DNA of 64,000 nucleotides from NCBI GenBank assembly GCA_951406725.2, contig OX597816.1, forward strand, positions 102,858,001-102,922,000, read 5' to 3'. Positions within the stretch are counted from its first letter, which is position 1, and the number at the start of each line of letters is the position of its first letter. Below, piece by piece: positions 53,321 through 64,000 of this stretch. The notes below the pieces were generated by a model, which was given only the letters and a program-made list of their open reading frames with translations, did no database searches and was not told where the DNA came from. Source of the stretch: Octopus vulgaris. Its lineage: Eukaryota. Position numbers and translations under genes: made by a program.

Positions 53321-53394
53321 TCATGTACATAGTGCGTGTTTCTGTTTGTGTGTGTGTGAGTGTATGCGTATGTCTACGTGCATGCATGTGTGCG

Positions 53395-53427
<33 letters not shown>

Positions 53428-53606
53428 TGTATGTATGTGTGTGTATGTGTAAGGATAAATAAGATAAAAGGGAATGGGAAAACGCCGGGGAGAAATAAGA
53501 TGAATAGATAAAGAAATACTCACGTATTAAGAAAGTGAGAAACAGAATATGAATGCATGTAGGGAGTGAAGGAAGGAAAGAAAGAAAGAGATGAAGAAGA
53601 AAAGGA

Positions 53607-53656
<50 letters not shown>

Positions 53657-54419
53657 GAAGGCTCGTGAAAGTGTGGGAAGTGAAATAATCCTAAGGTCAA
53701 ACCGAATTATATAATACAGTGAAGTAAGCGGGGAAAGATTCCCTGCATGTGTTGCAACGTTGGATCATAGTTGTTCAACATCTACGAACATTTTTTTCTG
53801 TTAGATCGTATCTCTGTCGATCTGTTTAGATCGCTCTCTGTCTTCCCTCCACCTTCTCTGTCTTTCTATCAATCAAATCCATTAATGTGCCGAACTAGCA
53901 GAGTCATTAGAGCAGCGAGTAGAAATTTCTTACAGTATTTCATCTGGCTGTCTGTCCTCTGACGTCAAGTCTTGTCGAGATGACCGTTGTCTTTTATCCT
54001 TTCTTTCGATAAAATGCCAGTCTGGTGTGGATTCTTCTTATATTTCTTTGTCTATCTTCCTTAGGTCAGACTGTGTCATGCTGAATCGATCTGAGAATTA
54101 TATTAAAGGTACACGTCTCTGCGGAATACTCAGCCATTTACACCTTAATTTCATGAACAGGGGTCAATTGTTCGAAAAATCGGTTGCTTAACGTCAGAAC
54201 GAACAAAAAAGAAAACTTCTATCTAATCATTCATCTTGTAACCATACATCAGTCTGACTGTCTGTCTGTATGTCACTGTTAGTTCGTCCATCCACCCATC
54301 CAGCCAACCATCCAGTCAGCAAGTCAACCATCTGTCCGTTTGTTCATTCATCCATCCATCGAACCTCTAATTACACACACTTACACGTGTGCGTGAACAC
54401 ATACCACACATACACACTC

Positions 54420-54585
54420 TTTTCTACTAGAGGCATAAGGCCCGAAATTTTTTGGGAGAAGGCCAGTCGATTAGATCGACCCCAGTAAGCAGGTGGTACT
54501 TAATCTATCGACCCTTGAAGGAGTAAAAGGAATGTCGACCTCGGCGGAATTTGAACTCTGAACGTTTCTGCCAGCTCGCCGCCTT
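54420..54585 (-). mobile_element. Internally deleted SINE (GGCGGCGAGCTGG family)
   Basis: GTCGACCTCGGCGGAATTTGAACT...TCTGCCAGCTCGCCGCC. Confidence 0.75.
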
Positions 54586-54657
54586 GCCACCCATACACAT
54601 TTAGAGCATAAACTGGTATTTAAACGAGGGTATACAATTTTACATACATATGCTCAC

Positions 54658-54730
<73 letters not shown>

Positions 54731-55442
54731 TATATATTTACGACGGGCTACTTTCAATTTCCGTCCACCAAATCCACTCACAAGTGCTTGGTCAGCCCGA
54801 GGTTATGGTAAAAGACACTTGCCCAAAGTGCCATGCTTTGGGATTGAACCAGGAATCATGTGATTGGGAAGCAAGCTTCTTTATTTCATTTAATTGCCTT
54901 ACGCAGAAAGGAAGCTGCGGGCTGGACACAAACGCTTAATGTTATGAATGAAATATGAAATGGCGAAAAATGAGGGCAACAGCAACGCCCGCCGATTGCT
55001 GTATACCCGAGCACATTGTTCTTTTATAAAACATTTTGAAGCAATAAACCTCTTACAAAAACAACATTAACGAGGCAATATACCTCTTACATTGACTACA
55101 TACGAAGCCACTTTGAAGCAATGAACCTCTTACTCAGTTCCATTTAGGTATCAAGAATACAATCTTTTTGCCCGACCAGACTTTTCGCCTCAGAAAAACA
55201 TCTGGGCGGTTCCAAGTCGGGCCAATTCAACATAAATCTATAGGTATCATTGGGTAAGGAATCCATTATCCTGAACAGGTTGCTCTCCCTCATGACCTTC
55301 GTAGCCACCTGCGAAGGCCAGTCAGGGACCTCCGTGCAGGACGGGACCCCCTCCCTTCGGCCCTTCGTTTTGAGCTTGCCGACAAAGCGCTCCACTGTCC
55401 CTCCCTTATGGAAGCGGACCACATATTCCTCCTCCATATTAT

Positions 55443-55736
55443 CCACCTTATTCTCTCGACCTTGCTCCTTCAGACTACCATTTGTTTCGTAGTTTACAGA
55501 ATCATTTGGGGGACATAACTTTCGCAAGCCAGGAGGTCGAAACTGACATTTCAGAGTTCTTCACTTTGAAACCAAAAGAGTTTTACATTGATGGGATTAC
55601 AAAGTTTGTAAATAGATGGAAGAAAGTCATAGATAAACAGGGAAAGTACATTGATGATTAAATTTCAATTAAATATAACATTTGATCACTTGTTTTCTTT
55701 ATTCAAAATTCGGACAGAACTTATGGGATGAACTGA
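55443..55736 (+). mobile_element. Mariner 3' fragment with open C-terminal frame and right end
   Basis: 55443-55661 translates PPYSLDLAPSDYHLFRSLQNHL...FYIDGITKFVNRWKKVIDKQGKYIDD*. It is absent from the ORF track because it has no start codon. Followed by a TIR-like end and TA. Confidence 0.88.
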
Positions 55737-55763
55737 TATATATATATATAAATATGTGTGATA

Positions 55764-55801
<38 letters not shown>

Positions 55802-55804
55802 TGT

Positions 55805-55876
<72 letters not shown>

Positions 55877-55943
55877 GCTCCGTGTGTACATATATTTCGC
55901 TTACGCATAGCGATACTGACTTTTGTCACTGTAATTTTTTATA

Positions 55944-57070
55944 CGAGGGAAAGGAAAAAGTTATCCGCATTTCACCATTACATATCTTTATTACTGCTAC
56001 ACCGCGTTCTGCGCATACGCGCTTAAAGTTGGTACTATTGTGGTCACGTGATTGAAATTCGGGCCTGATCACGCCATTTTTCTCTCTGGCTTTACAATGT
56101 AAGCATGGCCGGCCAAGCGTGACACCCTAAGAGAGAGCTGAACGCTCGCCAACCTCCACTACAGACGAGAAGATTCAGCAAGTTCGAGAGATGGTAATAG
56201 TGAACCGGCGAGTTATCATCGATGAAGTAGCTCGTTCTCAGCAGATTAGTCATGGTTCTGCTCATCAAATCATCCACGTTGAGCTCGGCTTCCATAAAGC
56301 CTGTTTAAGATGGGTACCAAGAAAGCCTGCTTTCGAGCACAAGTGCAAACGTCTTGAGTTTTGCCAACGTTTACTCGATCTCTACAACAATGAGGGCGAG
56401 GAATTTTTTAAGCAGAATAGTCACAGGAGATGAAACGCGAGTCCATCGTTATGAGGCAGAATCCAAAAGACAGAGTATAGAGTGGAAATATCCTGGCTCA
56501 CCATCGACGAAGAAATTCAAGACTCAGGCTTCCGCGGTAAAGGTGATGCTAAGTCTTTTTTTTGGGGGAGGGGGTCTCACCTATACCGGAAGGCTAGCTT
56601 TGAAAGGGGTGGACGATGAACAATGCAAGATACAGTGTTTTGCTGGCCAACAATCTGAAACTAGTAATTCGCAGAGAAGCACCGAAGCCTATTGTCGAAG
56701 AAAGTTTTGTTGTGGCATGACAATGCACAGCCACCACGGGCGCCCAGACTGTTGAAACCATTAACCAATTGAGGTGCTGGGACACTCTACCTACAGCCCA
56801 GATCTCATCCAATCCGACTATTATATCTTTGGAGCTCTCAAAGATAGTTTACGAGGCCATAGATGAAGATGTGAAGGAAGCGTGCATAAATGGTTGCACG
56901 ACCAACCGAAACCTTCTTCTTAGAGGAAATACACAGGATTGTGGACCGCTGAACTAAGTGCATCGAAAAGGAAGGAGACTAAACAGAAAAATGACCAACT
57001 TGTTTATCCCCTGATTTTATGTAAATACATTGAAAAAACAAGAGTGCATATAATTTTTGATTCTTCCTCG
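55944..57070 (+). mobile_element. Defective mariner (irritans/vertumnana-like)
   Basis: TA|CGAGGGAAAGGAAAAAGTTATCCGCA ... TGCATATAATTTTTGATTCTTCCTCG|TA. Motifs RWVPRK, IVTGDETRV and SAVKVML. Confidence 0.9.
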
Positions 57071-59228
57071 TATAGAGATACATACGTACGTACGTATGCA
57101 TGGACGTACGTATGTATGTATGTATGTATGTATGTATGTATGTATGTATGTATGTATGTATGTATGTATGTATGTATGTTTGTTTGTTTGCTTGTGTGTG
57201 TATTGCATGTGTTTGTGTGCATGTGAGTATGTGTGTGCATGTGAGTATGTGTGTGCATGTGTACCATTTTGGCGAAATCTTGGTAACCAGAAACAGTGTG
57301 ATTAATTGTGTTTCTATAGCTTGCGCATATTGTGCCATTACTTTTAGAACTTCGTTTCATCATGTTTTACCTAATTTCTGGTTGTAATGGTTCTTTGTTC
57401 GGCGCAATTGAGGATAATTTTATCTCAGATTTGAGTCTCAGTCGGTGATGTGATTTTTCTTCGTTTATTGCTATTCTGTTTAGTCTTTATTTCTGCTGTT
57501 AGCTGTTTAGACGTTTTCCCGTCATTATTTTAGCATGGCCGTATGTAGCTCCATTTGTTGCTTAGATCTTAATTTTTTAAACAATTTCTGTTATGATCCG
57601 CTTTCTCCTAGTAAATGATTACCATTTCAGCTACTGTTTTGTATTAGCTGGCTTCCATAAAAACTGAAAACACTTCAATTTCGTAAGCGATTTTTTTTTA
57701 TTTCCAATTCTTTTTACATATTATCCATTGCTTTGTGTTAAATGTGTTTTATATCTATATAAGATTTTTTTAATAGTTTTTTGTTTGCACAAATCCTCTG
57801 GCCAAATTCACGGTAAATACAATACTACTACTACTACTACCAGATTTTCGGTTGTGCACTTTGAATGCAGCTAATATTTTATTGTTTTTCTGTCTAGTCT
57901 TCCTAACTAATTTAGTGTCCAGTCCAGAAATTTATGACTATAACCTTTTAGTAGAACAGAGAGAGTATTGATGACTTTTATGTTAGATTTCTTTTGTCTG
58001 CATTTAGCTGTATTTTATTAATTAATCTACTGTGTCTATCGGCGAAAAGAACATGTTCAGAAGATGCTTACGCCGTAAATCTCTTTCAACGTAAATTATA
58101 CAGACACACAGACACACATACAACGCACACACATACACGTACATACACACACACAAGCACACACAAACACATTGACCTGATATTTCTTTAAAACCCCATG
58201 TCTTATACTACACTGATACTTTTGTGCAGCTTAATCTCTAGCGAGGCATCTTTGACTGAAGAGCTTAAGAATACAAAGTGAGTTTATCTTCTCAAATCGA
58301 AGCCTTTGCTGTTTTTATGATGATCGATGTTTACCTAGCTGCCTGTATTTCAGCACATTAGTTACCTGTAGCGTACCCTTACAGCCAATCATCTGGTAGG
58401 ATAAAATTTCCCTTACAGAAATTCTCAAATATGCGCAGTTAATCAACGCCGAAGCAATGGTATTGAAATGTATTCCCCACTGTACTGGGTGCGTAATCCG
58501 CATGGTTGAGCTCAATCTTCCAAGAATAGTGCTCTAGTGTGTGCTGACAAAGTGCCCTCGTTAACATTGTGGAAAGGCCTATTGAAGATCAAACATACTA
58601 CCCGTGCTGCCCGTGCGGTTCCAGCAAGGACCTTCAAGGACTTGCTGCAGATTAAAAGTTGTAGTGATGTGTTACATATGCACAAAACACCAAATTCAAA
58701 TGCACCAAAGGACGGACGAAGGGCTATCTCTAACCATTGCCAAATTCACTCAGCAAGTATAACAATGTGTAACATGTTAACACTGTGTAACATTATTTTT
58801 GTCCTTGTGGGTAGTAGCTGTTATTTCCTATTTGCTTTCGCCTAGAAAGTTTAAAATATGGGTATATCCTTCAAACTTTGCTTTTGTTACATTCAAAGCT
58901 CAAAGAATCCCTCTCAACACATGGCTATGATGCTCCTCCACTACTGCTCATGATCGGCGATGCACACATTGTCAGCCACTAAGGGACATATTCAAGGGAT
59001 TATGGTCAAGCAAGTAACGAGCAAATCTGTGATATTGAGCAGAATATTTGCTATAACGATACTTCTGCTTCAATGACTAAGCGCTGAATCTGTCTGAAAT
59101 GTAATGGAAAATAGTTCAGTTTCAAAACATTGATGTCCACGTCATAAAAACCAAGTTTGAAGTGAAGAGTAATGATTTCCTTTGATTTCTAGATAGAAGC
59201 AAATAGGAAATAAAACTTACTGAACAAA

Positions 59229-59290
<62 letters not shown>

Positions 59291-59379
59291 TTATATAAAG
59301 GTTTTTTTTTAAATAGTGTAATCAAAGCAGTTCTCTGATCTGTCTCTCTCATGTTCGTCTTGCACTGCATCTACTAACC

Positions 59380-60700
59380 AAACAAGAACACGGTGGAAAA
59401 GGGCAAGACATGCGATGAAACATTCCTTTAACTAACAAAACCATCAAAAGTAGGTTCGATGAAATAGTACGTGAACGTAGATTTTCCATAGAGCTGTTGG
59501 TGATAGTATCACATTGTTAATTACATATGTGATATAATTAGATGATAATACTTATCAAATGGAAATGATTTTTAACAAAATCGTAGAAGCAGATACAAGA
59601 GTTGAGTCTGTTTTTACTTGTCTTGATTAGTTATTTTTGCTGAAAACATTATCCCCATTGATATTATTTCTTGTGCATTCGACTGAACTCCCAGTATGGC
59701 TGGTTGATATAGGGGTTTATATAACATTTAAGAAAGAAGTTTTAACTGTCGTTGCCATTCGCTTCATAATTCATTGTCAACATCTTGTTGCCAAACCTTA
59801 CAATACAGACTTGTATCAGTCGCTCCAGATTGCAGCAAAGATAATCAATAAGATCAAGTCAAAAACATCTGATAGAATATTTCAATAACTGTGATTTGAA
59901 AAGAAGCTTTCATCATGAAATATGTCTTTCCAACAGCAACTATCTGTGCCAAATTGTAGAACTATTTGACAGTCTTCAAAAATTTCTTCGGTGTGAGAAC
60001 TTAGAATTACTGACAAGAGATTGAAAAGTTAAAAATTTAACATTTTAATCGCATTAATCACTGACTTTAGGGAAATAATGTGTTGCATAGGGACGCAGAA
60101 ATGTATCTTCTTTTTTTTTTCAGTGGGAAAATGCAGTTTTAACATTGTCATGTCCTGTGCCACAATTTGCGTTATTTCACGCAAGTATCTAGTATTTCAG
60201 AGGAACTGTGTGATAATTATTATGTGCATTTTATGCAAAACCTTTTTAAAATTTGCTTCAGATGACTTGGAGCCCCGATTTATTAACATAGATGTGCTTA
60301 ACTAGATCTTTAACCTCTTCATTATTGAAGTGTATCAGATGACGAATACAAGGTTTTTTGAAGACCTCCTCCTGTTGCAATATAATACTGAAGCCAAGAT
60401 GACACAAGTTTATAAAGTTATGTAGATAAACAAGGATACTGATACTAGGTATCCAAATCATTAATCTCAAGTCGAATTCTTGACCATCTTCCTTCTCACC
60501 TCGTCTTGTTGAAATGGCATTTCACATAGTGAATCATATATTAAGTTATTCACGCGATTACCTCAATATTACGAAAAGGAGAGAACTTATCTCATTATGC
60601 AAGTTTCTTTCTGACATTTTGACTCTTGCATAAGAAGACCCTCCCAAACTTTGGGAATGCACTGAGCAACTATTTCTAATATGTATAACAAAAGTTTTGT
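59380..60700 (+). mobile_element. Decayed hAT (Buster/Charlie-like) transposase remnant
   Basis: ORF 59637-59888 IRFIIHCQHLVAK...KIINKIKS...RIFQ (cf. HCxIHRxxLxAK) and a C-terminal SPRLVEMAFH segment (cf. SSYLVERGFS). Confidence 0.6.
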
Positions 60701-61065
60701 GTCGTTAGTATATTTTTCTTAGATTGCTGTGTTGTGGCTATCGTGGAAAGAAATGTATTCCTTTTCTCTTATATCTTCGTTCAGAATTTGAATAATTAAA
60801 CATTAATATTTAATTAAACTTTTTTTATTTATGGTTTGTTAAACATGATTTAATCTATGAGTTTTAAAGTTAAGACTATTCCAACTTTACAATGTTTCAA
60901 AGTAATCAGTATATGAGAAAAAGATATATAGTAATGGCGTAGAGTAACGGCTGTGTGAATTGAATTACTTAATTGAATGATGATTCTACAGTATGTTTTA
61001 TGGGAATTGTGCAGATGAAAGTGTACTATATGTTGTGCTATTGAATTGATAATATCTTGTTGAGG

Positions 61066-61246
61066 AAAGGCAGTGAGCTGGCAGAATCGTTAGCACACCG
61101 GGAAACATGCTCAGCGGTATTTCGTCTATCTTTACGTTCTGATTTCAAATTCCGCCGAGGTCGACTTTGCCTTTCATCCTTTCGGGGTCGATAAATTAAG
61201 TACCAGTTGCGTACTGGGATCGATCTAATAGACTGGCCTCCTTCCC
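61066..61246 (+). mobile_element. SINE (GGCGGCGAGCTGG family)
   Basis: GAGCTGGCAGAATCGTTAGCAC...CTTTCATCCTTTCGGGGTCGATAAATTAAGTACCAGTT. Confidence 0.85.
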
Positions 61247-62146
61247 ATGTGGAAGATATGGGCCGTGTCAAGCAGATTATTTAAAACGATATATAGATTT
61301 ATAAGCTATAAGCATAATTTTTCTGCTTTTGTTATTCTTCATCATTCCAACTATTATTGGTACTGTTTTTATTTACATAACCTAGTCCTGCTTATTTCTA
61401 TTTCAGGTGTTTTGTGCTTTAATTGTCTTTGAATTTCTTTCAGTTGACGTTTAGCTTAGAGAACTTCAAAATATCTAGAATTTATATCTAGACAATTCGT
61501 CATATCCCCTTATCAGATCATGTTCAAATACTGTTTTGGGGACATGTTTACACCAACCACTACATCTCAGCTTTGACACAGCAGTATCGGTATAGAATTC
61601 AATGGGCATTGATATCCACTTGATAGTGCTTGTGTATAGATTCTGACCTTGCAAGGCTAGGGCAGACTCATTTAGTAGACTGCATTTGATCTTAGTCTCT
61701 TGATTAAATTTTGGTGTAACACTTTTCTTTTGTGACACGGTGTTAACCCTGTGTACTTTTCATTTATAGATTTTGAGCTATGAGGTATTGCTCAAAGAGC
61801 GATTTTTCTGTTTATTTTTATCCTTCATATATTTTACGTTTCCATTTTGATTTTGCCTTTTGTTTTTAAACATTATTGTTGTTTCATCATTATTTAAAGC
61901 TTTTTCATCGGCGTGGTTCGCTTCTGATGTATTTTGTCGCTTATAAAGTTTTCTTTTCTTTTCTTTCTTTAGTACTGAATTATATTAGACGTATACGTGA
62001 TACTTTGTATGAGTTTTCAATTTGTATCATGTCTCGTACACTTTATGATAGTTATATTCAAAACATCTTGACTCTAGGTAGTGATTTAAGAACACTGATA
62101 CTAATATTTATTTATTTATTATTTATTTATCTATTATTTATTTATT

Positions 62147-62795
62147 TAACGAAGTGTTAGCGCTAAGCAGTGTTTAGGCATGAGCAGAATTTAAGTTTGT
62201 TGAAATACATTTGTGACCTATTTCAACTGCTAAAAGGCAAATACACTGCAGTTACCATGGAAAATATATCTCTCTTATGGTAAAAAGGTGTGAAAATACC
62301 CGGTTCGTTCAGTGTCGCCATCGTTAGGAATCCCAGACATCGATGTTTCAAGCTTCTTAGCTCTTGTCGATGAGATGTACCTAAGAGAGGCAACTCTGAA
62401 CGAAATTATAAAGCCATAGCTTTATGCATGATTCGCATTTCAACTAACCTAAAGTCTGCTCATGCCTAAACACTAATGAGCGCTTACACTTCGTTATTTG
62501 TCCTCGATCAGGCGATCTACTAGCGCAAATAGGTCAACGTATTGACTGAATCATACATAAAGCTATAAGCTCGTTCAGAGTTGCCTCTCTTAGGTACACT
62601 CATCGACAAGAGCCAAGAAGCTTGAAACATCGATGTCTAGGAATCCTAATAGATGGTGACACTAAACGAACAGAGTGTTTTCACACCTTTTTAACATAAG
62701 AGAAATATATTCTCTACGTTAACTGCAGTGCAATTTGCCTTTTAGCAGTTGAAATATGCCACAAACGTGTTTCAACTAACCTAAATCCTGCTCAT
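62147..62795. mobile_element. Nested inverted-repeat element (A-B-A'-spacer-B'-a') with hammerhead-like folds in B and B'
   Basis: 62180-62435 is the reverse complement of about 62548-62795, and 62147-62205 of 62437-62495. Flanked by (TTTA)n-like runs. Confidence 0.85.
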
Positions 62796-62914
62796 TTGTT
62801 TATTTATTTATTGAGTCTAAGCTTTTCAATTTTCTTAAACTTCTGTTTACAATATTGGAACAAAAGTTCATAACTGGGATGGTTAGTCTATTTACACTTA
62901 CCTTATTTCTAATA

Positions 62915-63360
62915 TTGGTTTCAAATTTTGACACAACGCCAGCAATTTCGGGGGAGGAGATAAGTCGATTGCATCGATTTCAGTGTTCAACAAGGTACTT
63001 ATTTTATCGATCCCGAAAGGATGAAAAGTTAAGTCGACTTCAGTGGAACTTAAAGACGGTCAAAATGCCGCTAAGCATTTTCTCCTGCGTGCTAACGATT
63101 CTGCCAACTCACCGCCTTACCTTAATTCTGATACTGAATTGAGATTTATGAGGCGGCGATCTGGCAGAACCGTTGCCGCGCCCAGTAAAATGTTTGGTGG
63201 CATTTTGTCTACCTTTACGTTCTGCATTCAAATGCTGCCGAGGTCAACTTTGCCTTTCAACCTTTCAGGGTTGACAAAATAAGTACTAGCCGAACACTAG
63301 GGTCGATGTAACCGACTTAATCCCTCCCCGAAATTGCTGGCCTTGTGCCAAAATTTGAAA
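62915..63360. mobile_element. Head-to-head pair of same-family SINEs (minus 62915-63118, plus 63151-63360)
   Basis: TTTCAAATTTTGACACAACGCCAGCAATTTCGGGG versus CCCCGAAATTGCTGGCCTTGTGCCAAAATTTGAAA. Heads are about 30 bp apart. Confidence 0.8.
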
Positions 63361-63379
63361 TCAATACTGAATTCTAATA

Positions 63380-64000
63380 TCAGTACATTCTTTGTACTTT
63401 TTTCCCTAAGTTCTTTTTCATTGTAATCATGGTTTTAATTGCATCTTCAGTAACTTTTTTAAAGGGAACAAGCCTGAGTAGAATTGTACGTGGGATAACG
63501 AGCCTCACTGAAGGATTGTTCTTTTTGTAGACATATTGTAGGTCCTTGTTTGTTCTGCATTCATGGGTTTGTTTTCCACTGTCACATGATGTACCTTGAT
63601 AGTATTGGAACTTCTATATTTATATGGAGTGGCTTCAATTTCTGAGTGAAAATAGTCTTCACGATTTCTTTTTCAATTTTATTTCGATACTCTCAACATT
63701 TTATGTAAGGTATTGTTTCAGAAAGTCTCACTCTATTTTGATGAGGTCTGGTCACTCTGGACTGTACCAACGATACTAAACAGATTAAATCATTCAATGT
63801 GCTGATATTTGAATTGTCTGTTTCCATGGATAGAATTTATTGCAGTACCTATCTTGGTACTGCTTGTTCGTGTATACCTTTCACTGGAGTTTCCATTGAT
63901 CCATGTTCATCGATTTCGTTATATTCACCTCTGTTATGTTTGTTGATTTTGTTAGGCTGTCTTCAAAGTTAGCTGTGGTTGATCTGTTATGCTGTATGAT
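63380..64000 (-). mobile_element. Highly decayed R4/Dong-like RT remnant
   Basis: Degenerate W.SP..D and QL.I-like motifs with LINE-type strand composition. Runs off the window end. Confidence 0.35.

Noticed and set aside
55035-55133. Three spaced ~20-bp repeats, superficially CRISPR-like
   Set aside because: Eukaryotic context, degenerate repeats, short uneven spacers and no cas genes.

Overview
AT-rich, repeat-dominated eukaryotic DNA, intergenic or intronic. The SINE families and extreme (TA)n/(CA)n/(TATG)n/(TATC)n density look like an Octopus genome, but this is recognised from memory, not searched. No host protein-coding gene, rRNA, true tRNA or CRISPR array is supportable; most listed ORFs are microsatellite translations. 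The window is a transposon graveyard. It holds about seven decayed R4/Dong-type (restriction-like endonuclease) non-LTR retrotransposon copies, five mariner elements or fragments, mariner and hAT MITEs, Tc1 and hAT remnants, a non-autonomous Helitron, RTE, CR1/Jockey and Penelope RT remnants, and many tRNA-derived SINEs (two with clean TSDs). Three patterns stand out. (1) Several minimal type-I hammerhead-ribozyme folds with palindromic stem-III loops, two of them inside fold-back elements, which points to Penelope-derived non-autonomous elements. (2) The R4-like copies sit in (ACAT)n arrays with consistent strand polarity. (3) Inverted duplications recur, centred on (TA)n runs.
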